From Ophelia neglecta (Eukaryota), in assembly GCA_965285935.1 (NCBI GenBank), contig OZ260661.1:9734001-9798000 (forward strand): 64,000 nt of DNA. The letters run 5' to 3'. The notes under the pieces are model-generated. The model was not told where the DNA came from. It made no database searches and worked only from the letters and a program-made list of their open reading frames with translations. The position numbers were made by a program, and so were the translations under genes. Every line of letters starts with the position of its first letter. Within the stretch, counting starts at the first letter, position 1. Below are positions 50,791 through 63,343 of this stretch, piece by piece.

Positions 50791-52353
50791 CTAAAAACGT
50801 ATCAGAAGTGTTGGGGCAATGCCTAAGCATATGGCTGTTGCTATGAGCAACACAAAGACTCCACAGTCCGAGGAGTTTTTCTGGCGGAGCAATGGATCCT
50901 GTAATTTAATAAAACTATTATGTATCAATTTATCTTCCATAAAAAATGTATTTAGAAATTTGTAGTTGGTAAGCAGAACAGTACCTCATTTTTTGTTAAA
51001 GCAGATGCTCGGTAGTCTGCATTAACATGCGTAGCCATCATTCTTCTGAAAAAACATATCAATACAATTTTTATCTCTTACAATTCTGCCCATCACCCAA
51101 ATTGAAACTTTCAATACAAAAGAAACCTGGCAAAAAAGTAATTATTTAACCAATAAACTCAAATGTTATTTATTTGTCTAAACAATACATTTACTTATGG
51201 AAATACTTACCTAATAGTACGAAGCAGTTGATCATCTGACTCTCCTAGGGAGTCATAGAGAGTCATAATCTCTGCATTCCCAGCCTATGAAAAATTGTGT
51301 TTACATTTAAATTTTCAATTACAGGATAACCAAAATGACGATCCATTTATACAGTAGGGACTATCATCATAGTGAGACTGCATTTAATAAGTGATCATCA
51401 TAATCAAATATTGTACAGAATTGTTCTTTAGGATGATCAAGTAGTGTCAGGATAATTATTTTGGAGTTAAATGAATTTGGATACCTGGTATGTTGTATGG
51501 ACTGGAACTGATTTTATTTTTGTTAGGGAGTCATTAATGATTATCAAATCACTTTGGTTCAGGTTCACAAGAACAAGAATAGAACTGCATAACTCTATCA
51601 CCCAGAGAAGCAATATTTTCCATAAATTATTCCTTTCACTAGCTTGGTATGTTTGTCACTTTTAATTGCAACCTGCTAAAGTATTTTTCACGGTTACCTT
51701 GTACATTCCTGAAAATGATTTATTGCTTTACATCAGTTCAGAACCAGCCAGTGAATAGATTAATTGTAGTCTGCTAAAAGAACTAGGTTTTTTTTTTTAC
51801 CACTAATACCCAGTGTCCAGGTTTGTGCACAGGAAGGATGAAACTTGGTTTTAATTTACCCTTAAGCCATCTGTCCACACCTTTGACTCCATCCTTTGCT
51901 ATCGTACCCATCAGTTGGGACGGCAAAGCATCAAATGTACTATCCTTTGCTAACATGCCGATGTAGTTATCAATGACCTTAATAATTAAGCACAGGTCTC
52001 AATACTGTTTTATGTTAGTATAGCGGTATTCATATGTTTGATGACAGTATCATGATATTTTAAGTTATTTCTGGCCCAAGTATAAAATTAAAGTGTTAAA
52101 AACACCAGGCCAAGAACCATTTTGTTACATAATAAACAAATTCTTCACAGGTAATGACAATAGGTAAGGCCACTGCCTATTTACAGAACATCTGTCAATT
52201 TAAGATTGGGTCTTACCGAATCTACCAGCCATTCAGACTCGTCTGTTAAACACCTCAAATCTGTGAAACGAAGTTCAACCCCGTGGCGCTGAACTGCTAG
52301 AAGATGGGGTCGCTCATTCCTCACCCAGTTTGACAATATTTCCTTGTAAGTTT
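50791..52353 (-). pseudogene. Spliced Ulp1/SENP-like cysteine protease (peptidase C48) gene, decayed
   Basis: Exons 52353-52217 (..DLRCLTDESEWLVDS), 51977-51860 (VIDNYIGML..GVKGVDRWLK), 51284-51211 (..IMTLYDSLG..), 51045-50985 and 50898-50791 (RQKNSSDCGVFVL). All have AG acceptors, GT donors where internal, and compatible phases where adjacent. The catalytic-His exon is not intact. Confidence 0.8.
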
Positions 52354-53335
52354 CTGCCAGTATTAAGAAGATCAATTAACATAAAGATTTATATCTAAAA
52401 GCAAAGGTCTTGTGCACTTTAGGCATGTGGATTAAGAACATGATAAGTGATTATTATTAAGGAGAGATTCTTATTCAGGCCTTACTTACATATAGACAGA
52501 TATATTTTGCTGTTTATCTGAAAGTTTTCTTCTTGTAAAAGAAGTTTAGCTTGATCTATGACTGATTAGTTCTCTAATGGAAAGGAAAGCTTCTATTTAG
52601 GGGTCAAAAAGTAATAAAAATAAAGGTTTATAATACACAATAGTCAAAAACTGTATTGGCCAACTACAAGACTCGCCATCTTTATATATTAATAGATAAT
52701 TTACTGTAGCCAAAACTTTCTGGATTATAATTTATAAGTCCTAACAACATGTGGTGCCCATCCAGGGAAAGATATTATTTAAGCAGGAGCTGAATTCCTG
52801 AAGCTCGACACTCCTGATAATATATAAGGCCTTCAAAAAATTTTATTTGACATAATAGGTAGTTCTTATGTATTCCATATTACCAATAATGTTAACTTTC
52901 TTTTAAATATTTTACTCATGTTTGATCAATGTGTGTTAACACAAAACCATTTAAATTAGCATGCAAATCAAATCATTGGCAACTTATTTGGATATTAATG
53001 CATGGTATACATTTTAAACAAATTACATAGGGGATGCATTTTGTATACATTTTAAGCTGACTTATCCTACAAGGTTGTCAACGATAAACAAGTAAACTGT
53101 AAACAGAAACTTATCCTCTCATCAATCAAAGGCAGCAATTGTTTTTTTTATGCAATGCTAAACAAAACAAGGCAATAACAACTTTCATGCAAAACTGATT
53201 ATTTAAAAACATATTTGTTTGTATCTTGAAGAGTTCTCGAAAGTCTCTATTCCTTATAAACTCACTCTTTCCTTGTGTCTGTTCATGCTTGTAATGAAGC
53301 AAGTATGCAGAATTCTATTTTAAAGCACAGAAGAA

Positions 53336-54702
53336 GAGAAGATCTGGTTTATATGGTAAATTCTGTAGATAATTCGAGAAAAGGCGTGCAAAATTGACCG
53401 TCTAGTAATTATCCCCCGAGGGTTAAACGCCTAGAAAACATTATTACCCTTGGCAAAATTTTCTCGGCGAATAATGAACTAGGAACTGGCAGCAGCTCCC
53501 AGTTCACGGTTCATTATTTGCCGAGGGTGCTGGAGCCGGCAGCTCACCCAGCGCTGCCGGTAAGGCCGGGAGGTCCGAGGGGGGTAGATAATTCGAGAAA
53601 AGGCGTGCAAAATTGACCGTCTAGTATTGATCCCCCGAGGGTTAAACGCCTAGAAAACATTATTACCCTTGGCAAAATTTTCTCGGCGAATAATGAACTA
53701 GGAACTGGCAGCTCCCGGTTCACGGTTCCCACGGTTCATTATTCGCCGAGGGTGCTGGAGCCGGCAGCTCACCCAGCGCTGCCGGTAAGGCCGGGAGGTC
53801 CGAGGGGGGTAGATAATTCGAGAAAGGGCGTGCAAAATTGACCGTCTAGTATTGATCCCCCGAGGGTTAAACGCCTAGAAAACATTATTACCCTTGGCAA
53901 AATTTTCTCGGCGAATAATGAACTAGGAACTGGCAGCTCCCGGTTCACGGTTCCCACGGTTCATTATTCGCCGAGGGTGCTGGAGCCGGCAGCTCACCCA
54001 GCGCTGCCGGTAAGGCCGGGAGGTCCGAGGGGGGTAGATAATTCGAGAAAAGGCATGCAAAATTGACCGTCTAGTAATGATCCCCCGAGGGTTAAACGCA
54101 TAGAAAACATTATTACCCTTGGCAAAATTTTCTCGGCGAATAATGAACTAGGAACTGGCAGCTCCCGGTTCATGGTTCATTTTTCGCCGAGGGTGCTGGA
54201 GCCGGCAGCGCTGGGTGAGCTGCCGGTAAGTCCGGGAGATCCGAGGGGGTTAGATAGTTGCGAGGAAAAAAGTATAAAATTGATTGTGTAGATATGATTC
54301 CCGGAAGATAAAAGTCATAGAAAACACTGTTACCCGTGGCAAAATTTTCTCGGGGAATAATGAACTAGGAACTGGCAGCTCCCGGTTCACGGTTCATTAT
54401 TCGCCGAGGGTGCTGGAGCCGGCGGCTCAGCCAGCACTGCTGGTAAGGCCGGGAGGTCCGAAGGGGGTAGAAAACTCAGTGAATAACAAGGAGGCGGTCA
54501 AAAATTCGGGAAAAAAACTTGTAAATTAACCGTGTACAAATTATCTCCGGAAGGTAAAACGCCTAGAAAATGCTATAACCTGTAACAAAAATTTCATCGC
54601 GAATAATAAACTAGGAACTGGAATAATGGTCCAACTTTACACCCAGTTCCTTATTCAGCTAAAATCTGAATAATGAACCGGGAGCCAACTTTACGTTGCT
54701 CC
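53336..54702. repeat. Right arm: ~5 tandem 219-225-bp units plus a degenerate outer unit
   Basis: gtagataattcgagaa recurs at about 53365, 53584, 53809 and 54034, degenerating outward. Each unit holds the IR ctcggcgaataatgaac / gttcattattcgccgag. Confidence 0.95.
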
Positions 54703-56535
54703 AAAATAGTAGGTATTTTTATGGTCGCGAAAAATATAACTTAAATCAAATAAGCCTTATATAAATTTTATAGGTCGCAGTGATAGATGATTTTCCTGTA
54801 CCGTAATTATAGGCCCATAATGGTAGGCCCTATATGGAGAATGCTTTGAGTTCCGCGAACAACCACAGTGCACTGAGAGAATCAAGACCAAAAATAGGCC
54901 CAATTTCACGTTATCACATGTATATATAAAACCGTTCCTTGAACGATTGCAAACAAACTTCGACAATGAATGGTTCAATCTTTCGGCTTGATTTGTAAAT
55001 TTTCAAGTTGAATATAGACTATAACATCATAATGAACTTTTGTCCCGTATAGGTTCGCGTCCAAGGGTTCTAGGATGTGCGAACTTACCCGACTATAGCT
55101 TAGCACAAACCTCGATGCCCTGCAGGCCGCTTTCAACCCCCAAATAGACCACCCTCCACCGCACATGTCGCCATGTGTATTGCAAATTACATGAAAACAC
55201 ACTTAAAGATTTTTGACAAAAACTTATCAGCGTTCAAATAACAATGTTAGTCAAACTTTGAGAATGCTTTACTTACCGGAGGGTTCCTTTTATCTGACAT
55301 GTTCGATCCCTAAAAAGAGAATGTGTAATAGGCGCGGCTGTATGGGTCAGCGAGTAGGCCCATTGGTCAACTTATTGCCTTTCAGGAATGTCATTATTAA
55401 CATGTCTAATGGGGGCGGGGGGGGGGGGGAGTAAATTTTGAACCTATTTCGCGGAATCTCTCTTGCCTCCCTATTATCGCATTCTATCCCCCCCCCCCAT
55501 TTTCCTCCATTAAACATTGTGATTCGGCCCATAGAGGGGGGCAAAATTATCCGCCCTCCGAAATTTACCCCTTCCCCCGAATGGTATTTATGGACACTCC
55601 CTTTAGTGACCAGTTACTACTAGATCTAGCATCTCTTATTTTCAGCGTACAATTACTGAAAGCCTTAATGATTTAATCAAATTGAGAGACTTTTACAAAA
55701 TCGATCTAAATATACATGTTTTTACCAATCAGTCAGTCACAGGGGGGTTATAAAGTGCAATAACGGAGGTAATACTAAGGATAAGATATTCGTCTTTATG
55801 TTCGTGTCACATACAATAATGGAGACCTTAATTGTTTTATTAAAATAGTTATGCTGTAAAAGATGCTACCAAAATTTAGTCGTCAGTTGTTTATTAAATA
55901 TACATATTGAATAGCAACTTCTTAATTACAGTAAGACCAACGTGATTGTAATGTATTCTCAGATGGTCTGTACATCCATGTACTTTCAAGCAGTCAACTG
56001 TGCCAACACAGTCATATAGAACCAGGAATTTCCCTGAAGATATAAAAAGAGGAAGTCTAGGTAGGGGAAACTCTGCATTTATTTTGCTTTATTTTTATTT
56101 TGATTTATAAGAGACATGTTCCTAGCGTTTGTCAGAAGTCAGAGTTGTCAGAAAGTGTGTCATTACTAGTTTGCCTATTGGTTACTATCGCAGTATTTAG
56201 GTCAATTGATGTGTCTTTAGATTGGTTATTAACTATAGGCCTATAGTCATATCTCTTTTATTCTTTGCTTAATCTAAGGGATGATCTCAAATTATCCATG
56301 TTTTTCAAAAGACTAACAGTCAATTCGCTTCACGGTGGTGGTGGTGGCGGTGGTCGGGGTGGGGTGGTAAAGGCCCAAAATCTATTTTGTATGTGTTAGT
56401 TTCTCTACTTAAATTACTGATCACCGTTCATATATCACTTTGCCTTTCGTCTGTATATCTTATATACCTATCACAAAACGTAAACGCCTCTCTAGGCTGT
56501 CGCCATAGTATGGGCGCTCCTAGAGGTTCAATTAA

Positions 56536-59330
56536 AGAGTAGAGTTTATTCAACAATAGCCATGACAGGCTGTGAGTTGTACAACAACGATCTATAAATT
56601 GCACATGTGCGTTTGAACGGACAAAACCTTAAATAATAAACAATAGGGATGTATGAAAAGAGAATACAAATACAAATCCTTCTATTTATCTATGCATGTA
56701 GCTGCTTCTGATTAACATGGCTTTTCTAATATATATTGTTAAATTATTAAGTATTTTCACAGTTTCTGTTTTCATAAGGGCAATAAATTTAAACATGCTA
56801 GGCCTAACTATGTAATATCTCTGTATATCTTTTGCTCTTAATTCAAAGTATAGACAGCATTCTATGATAAAGTGGTATTCGTCTTCCAATACATTACAGA
56901 CGGGACACAATCTTTCTACAAATGGAATTTGCGGTTTATACCAAGCACCAGTTTCCACCTTAAGTTCATGGTTTCTTGTTCTAAACCTAGCCAAAATATA
57001 TATTTTATCAACAGATAGTTTGGAAATATAATAAGGTACATTGGTTATGTCCGCTATATTTACATATAAGTTGCCTTTGCTTGACACATCAAAATTAGCT
57101 CTCCAGGTCTGGATATAGCAGTCACAAATTCTTTGCTTGAAGATGCAAAGAAATGCATTAGCATTTCCCACCCCCTGATTGACCCAAACTTCCCCAAACC
57201 CATATCTAAGCAATAAGTTTTGTAACTCTGAGACCTATGTATTTCCACGTGTATGATCCCGTAGTAATGCATAACTTTTAATACACAATGTACCTTTTTC
57301 TTTCATAACAATAGCCAACAAAAATTTGACAATGCGAACATACCTATACAATATCAGTGGTTTTCGACCTGATTCGCCATACACAAATTCACTTTTGGTT
57401 GAACTTTTTAAATGCAATATTTTTTTACAGAATGCAAGGTGGACACGTTCAACATCAGTCGCTGGATGGAATCCCCATGCTTCACATGAGTAATTCAAAA
57501 TAGGGGATATTAATTTGTCAAAAAGACTGCACAAATGGTCTGGTTTTAAATTTACAAATTTGTAAGTATATTTATACAAGGCAAATACCGCTTTCTTTGA
57601 CTGCCCAGCAAGAGTTTCCTGTGCTAAATTCTATGAGCCAGATGAAGAATACACAATACCCAAATAGCTAAAATTCTCTACTATATTTATCACCTCCCCC
57701 TTATATGTCCATTGCTCACCCCTTGGAAGTCTCCCTCCCCTACGAAAAACAACTATTTTTGTCTTCTCAACATTAAGTACCAACTTCCAAGTATTACAGT
57801 AATTTTCAAGTACATTTAAACCATTTTGTAATTTTACAGCAGAGTCTGCAAGAATGACTGCATCGTCGGCAAACAACAATACAAATAGGTTCAACATGTG
57901 TGCAAAAATTCCTGTATTGCCGGAATTTGCTAATTCGCTTTCGATATCGTTTAAATACATGGCAAATAAAAATGGGCTAAGGCTTTCGCCTTGCCTGACA
58001 CAAAGTACACAATCAAAATTATCAGAGTAATTACCATACATGTCTCTCACACGCGATTTAATACTGGCGTACATACTTCTAATGATACCAAGTATGTGCC
58101 CCTTAACACCCAAATTAATTAATTTAAACCATAATCCATCTCTGTTAATATAATCAAACGCCTTCCGGAAGTCAATAAAGGCGCTATATAATTTGTGTTT
58201 TAATATGATCAATTACAGATTTTAACAAAAAAATATCGACTGTGCTAAACCCCTCCCTAAACCCCGCCTGACTTTCAATGTATATTGAATGCATATTAGC
58301 CCATTCATTCAATCTTGAATTTAACACCCAAGTGAAGAGCTTACCAAAAACACTTAGCAAAGTGATACCCCTATAATTGGAAACGTCATTTGGGTTACCC
58401 TTTTTATGCAGAGGGATAATAATACCTTCAGTCCACTGAGACGGAAAATATTCACTTTCAAATACAATATTAAATAGTCTGACGAGATGTGGTACAAGAA
58501 TGTCATTACCATGTTTAAACAATTCATTAATCATTAAATCTGGACCACATGCTTTTCTAGATTTTACATCATTTATTGCTTTTAAGATCTCATTTCAGTA
58601 ATAGGGCCATTTAATTCCTCGATTGCATTATCAATTTCACTGCTATTAAATTCACGAACAAAAGTTTTAATATTATCGGAAATATCAAAGTCTTCTAGGT
58701 TACTAGGATTATTAACTTCCTTAAAGAAATTGTAAAATGAGTCAATAGATATGTTAGGGTGTAATGTCTGGGAAGTAGCACGTAATAAACGCCAATACTT
58801 CTTGACATTATGCTTTCTTGCATGTAACAAATCTGATGTCTGGGAATTATTATAATTATTAAGGCATTTACGTGAATGGTTATGAAAAGCTCGCCTTGCA
58901 TTTATCATATCAGCTCTAGCTGAGTCGGACTTTGACAATCTATACAAATTAAGTTCCCTGAAAAATATGTTACGTTTTTCAATACATAAGGGACACATCC
59001 ACTTTTCAATGGGTTTTGTACGTTCTATACGAATAGATGAAAAATCTTTTCCAAATAAAGGTTCAGCACAACCCATACTTGCAGCTGAAAATGACTGGAC
59101 AACACCATCAACAGCAGTCTGGTCTAAAACAGAATTTACCATGAGTGTTTGTTCAAATATTCCATGGTAATTAGCATCCTGTAATAAAGAAATTTAGTTT
59201 TCGGACAAAGCCCCATCCCATACCAAGTTATGTAATTTATCATTACAGGCATACTGAAATTCTGGATATGTACCAGTCAAATCAAAATGAAGCGTGGTAT
59301 GATCAGACAAAAAGTGTACAGTGCCATTTG
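56536..59330 (-). mobile_element. Decayed 5'-truncated RTE-X-like LINE (same clade as 4874-7220, different family)
   Basis: ORF fragments with NYRGITLLS..GKLFT, QAGFR, FIDFRKAFD, VRQGESLSPFLF, LFADD, FSYLG, VYGESGR.PL, RFRTRNH.L.VETG, CPVC..LEDEYHF; AATAAA and short tail near 56536-56550. Confidence 0.9.
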
Positions 59331-60310
59331 CTAGCCTACTGAGCGTTGGATTCATGTGCCGTAATTGACCCACTGGCGAATTCGTCGGTTACCCTTGGCG
59401 TGGTAATCCATTATTAAATCACTGATTACAAATACTGATTTTTAGATATATATCTCCGATGAAATACTGCATCATTATCCAAAACCCTGCATAGTACTGA
59501 ATGTCTTTTTTTCGTCTTTTAGAGGGATGGGTGAGAGTTGGGTGGGGGGAAAAAAAGAAAAGACCAATATTCATTTTTGCTTAGAATCGATAATTTGAGA
59601 GCATCCCTAACTTAAAGAAATTTAAGAAATGGACACACTTTAACAAAGCTGACCCAAATATTTAAAGTTAACATTTTTTGGCAATCAGTCAGTTTCTTAT
59701 GCAACAGTCACACGGCCATGTTACGGACCTGCGGATGCTTGCGTATATTTGGATAATGCGTAATTTTTACCTCAAATAGCGGAAATATGAGCATATTGAG
59801 GGTTATAAAGTGCATTAAAGGAGATATTAACGGCCTCCCGCTATTTTAACGGACACCGCTACCGATTAAAATAGGGTATTTCCCGGGGATTCCCTTAGTA
59901 ACCTATGTAGCGGGCCCCCCATATACTTTTAAGAAAGGCCCGCAAAGTTTGCGGAGACGTTAAGATTTGGCAGGGTCTCCGCTAAGTTTTGCGGAAGAAA
60001 ATATGGCGGAAGCTTTGCGGAGGCTTTCGAGAAACGGTTTTTGCAAGGTTCCGTTATGAGTCCGCAATTTGCACGATTTAGCGGGGCTGCTTTTTTTACG
60101 GGTCCGTTGTTAAAGGAGCTTCGGGAAAGAGATACCAGGGACTTTTGGAAAACTAAGGGCATACAATAGTTAGTGAAATCCTTAATTTTCGCGGGCCTTT
60201 GATTTAAACATATTTTATTGCCAGTAACAAGCAATGGGTTTGACAACAAGTTATACAACTTAGAAATAGCCTCACCCTAGCATAAAAGAAAAATCTAAAC
60301 ATGGCAGTTA

Positions 60311-62510
60311 TCATTCACAACCAAGTGTACATGAAAAAATAAATGGAAAAAGTGAAGTTAGAAAAAAAAAACAAAGGAAAACATGCATAACACATTGACT
60401 AACATTAAGCGAGTTTGGTTGGTCCGTCCAATCGGAGGCGGAAGCAGGCAATGAAAAACACAGAGAACATTGCTTATGGTCAGTAAATTCAACCGGACTC
60501 CTTAATAAAAAGTTGCACACATTTAAACACAAGAGAACTTTTTAATATTTTCCTTTCATCACCGAACAATAAGGTATTTAGAGTAATGATCGTCACATCA
60601 TAGCGACGAAGATATTCTATTAGCTTTCGACGCTGAACGGAATATGCAGGACGTTCAAGAAAAAAATGTAACACAGTTTCAGATTCGCCACAATAACAAT
60701 CAGGACTAGATACAAGATGATTTTGGTACAAGTCAAAATTTAAATTACTGCAGCCATTTCTTAGTCTTGCGTGAATAACAGAAAATATCCTTGAACCACA
60801 GTAATAGTACTCCGGCACAGGGGTTGGGTTGCTTTGGATACACCGACGGAAAGTTGAGAGACACTGTGTCCACTTAATATTGTCTGAAAGATCATTCCAC
60901 AGTTGAATTGATGATGGAAAGAATGAGTTTTTAAACAGGTCTAATCGACAGAATGGGTGTACGAAATTCGAAATATTTCTTAAATTATAATTTGAAGTTT
61001 CCCCAACAAGAGGTGGTAGAAACTCCCTTAGGAAATCGGGAGCGAGCCCGTGGACAATTTTGAAGAAAGTTACCAATTTATGCTCCTTTCTACGTTTAGA
61101 AAGTGATATCCAACCCACCTCTCTATAAAGATATTCCAGTTTGACACTTCACAGTCAAAGTCACTGCAACCCCCCCAAACAACATCAGTATACTCCAAAG
61201 TTGGTCTCACAAATGAAATGTACATAGATTCTAAACACTTCCTAGAAATAGATAATTTTAATTTACGTAATATTCCCAGCATTCTAGTACTAGCTGTAAC
61301 AATAGCATCGATATGATGAAGCCATTTTCCATCACTTCTAAAACACAGACCTAAATGTTTATGATGATTTACAAAATCTAGGTGTTGTGCCTGAAAAAAC
61401 AGATTCGGAAATGTTTCAGCGAATCGATTGGTAAATAACATAACTTCAGTTTTGCTAGGATTGAATGTAAGAAGCCACTGCTTAGACCACTCTGCCAACT
61501 TATTAAGATCACTTTTTACATCAGTTTCAATTGATCTTAAATCCATTGATGCCTGAGATAAGGAACTATCGTCAGCAAAGAGTCTTGTCAGACTGTGGAG
61601 ATTGTCTGCAATATCATTAATAAATATTAAAAATAGAAGAGGGCCTAGCATGGAGCCCTGTGGAACACCCGCCCCAAGTTGCCCCAGTTCTGATGCATTA
61701 GAATTCAGAACGACCCTTTTTTTTCTATTAGTTGAGTAGCTCTCCAACCAAACAGAGAAATCTTCTCTAAAACCATAGGCGACACACTTGTGTAATAAAC
61801 CCCTGTGCCAGACCCTATCAAATGCTTTTGAAATATCACAAAATACCATACATAAATATTTACGATTGTCAATTGCTCTACATATTCGATCATAAATTTC
61901 TAAAAGCTGATACACTGTTGAATGCCCTGGCCTAAAACCAGACTGATGTTTAGAGATTAGTTTACGTTCATGAAGAAAATTGTACATGTGTCTTAATACA
62001 ATTCTTTCAAATATTTTTGCAACACAACTTAAAAGAGACACTGGTCTGTAATTTTTTGTAACATCTCTGTCACCCTTTTTAAATAGTGGTATTACATTTG
62101 CTTCCTTCCAACAGGAGGGGAAGGCATTTTTTGAAATTGACATATTATAGAGAATAGAAAGAGGGTATGATATAGTGTTCACCACACCCCTCAGTAATTT
62201 GTGACTGATTTCATCAGGACCGGAGGCTTTATTTATATGAAGAATTTTAATCACATCTTTAACATCATCTATTGTTATGTAGGGCATGAAGAATATATCT
62301 TCTGTCCTTGAGGGTATGTCAGGGAGAAGAGTTGAAGAATCATCAATTTTTGATATACCACAAAAATAGGTGTTGAGTAAATCAGCCTTATCATAATCAG
62401 TAAAACCAAAAAGTGGATTCCCAGTCGAATCATTTCTAACTAATGGTGGGATTAATGACGAAGTGGTACCCTTCATAAAAAACAGTTTTCCAAAATTATT
62501 TTTGATCATT
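60311..62510 (-). mobile_element. 5'-truncated CR1-type LINE with an internal deletion/frameshift near 61120
   Basis: ORF 61070-62509: KASGPD, NYRPVSLLS, QSGFR, DISKAFDRV, GVPQGSMLGPLLF, LFADD, HKHLG. ORF 60489-61118: SFFPSSI..WN, HARLR.GCS.LN..L, C.CG..ETV.HFF. Confidence 0.92.
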
Positions 62511-62894
62511 ATATTTTAATTCAGTGTTTTCTAGGCTTTAATACATTGGAACATAACGAGATAAATGAATTATGTTTTCTGATATAGCCTTTTACAGGTT
62601 AGAGAAAAAGGGGCTTACTGGACCTCAAATGTGCGTAAGAGATACCTGAAACAGGAGGAGAAGAAGACTGGGGGAGGCATACCGTCTGAACTGAGCATTA
62701 GTGGGTTGGACAGGGGGTTGTGGAAGTAATGGGTAAAGGGGCGTTGGAGGGTATCAAAGGCGGGTTACGTAAATTTGAAGGTTAGTCCGTACAATATATT
62801 ACTCACTACATATACATGTATTAGTATGATTGTTTTCATCTGGACGTATGCATGAATTGTACTTCTAATTAGTTGCTCTTACAAATTTAGGCAG

Positions 62895-63343
62895 TGCACT
62901 GAAGTATCAGATTTTCTGTTTTTAGTAGATGCAGGGAAAACCGGTGATGAGACAGGGAGCCAACATGGGGAGGATCAGCAGGACGAGGATTCTTCAATTT
63001 TTAATTGCAGAGGAGAATGTTAATACATTAAGTACCCGTGCAATTATTTTGTAGGACAAGCTGTCACTTACTTATAGCGACAACCTCTGTGGGTATTGTT
63101 TTTTTCTCATTTTCTCATTCTCTTTCTGCACTGAAGTATCAGATTTTCTGTTTTTAGTAGATGCAGAGAAAACCGGTGATGAGACAGGGAGCCAACATGG
63201 GGAGGACCAGCAGGACGAGGATCCTTCAATTTTTAATTGAAGAGGAGAATGTTAATACATTAAGTACCCGTGCAATTATTTTGTAGGACAAGCTGTCACT
63301 TACTTATAGCGACAACCTCGGTGGGTATTGTTTTTTTCTCATT
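62895..63343. repeat. Near-perfect ~232-bp tandem duplication
   Basis: tgcactgaagtatcagattttctg...gtgggtattgtttttttctcatt starts at 62895 and again at 63127. Confidence 0.92.

Larger units (their letters stand above)
48945..54702. mobile_element. Foldback-type DNA element: inverted arms of ~220-bp tandem units enclosing a Ulp1-like gene
   Basis: Left arm (~48945-49631) is the reverse complement of the right arm (53336-~54485). The match includes the unique inner junction agaatttaccatataaaccagatcttctc / gagaagatctggtttatatggtaaattct. Confidence 0.8.

Noticed and set aside
53544-53957. Two identical 62-aa ORFs
   Set aside because: By-product of the 225-bp tandem unit; non-ATG starts and no protein features.
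53336-54480. CRISPR-like array (palindromic repeats in tandem)
   Set aside because: Whole units repeat with no unique spacers, there are no cas genes, and the context is eukaryotic.
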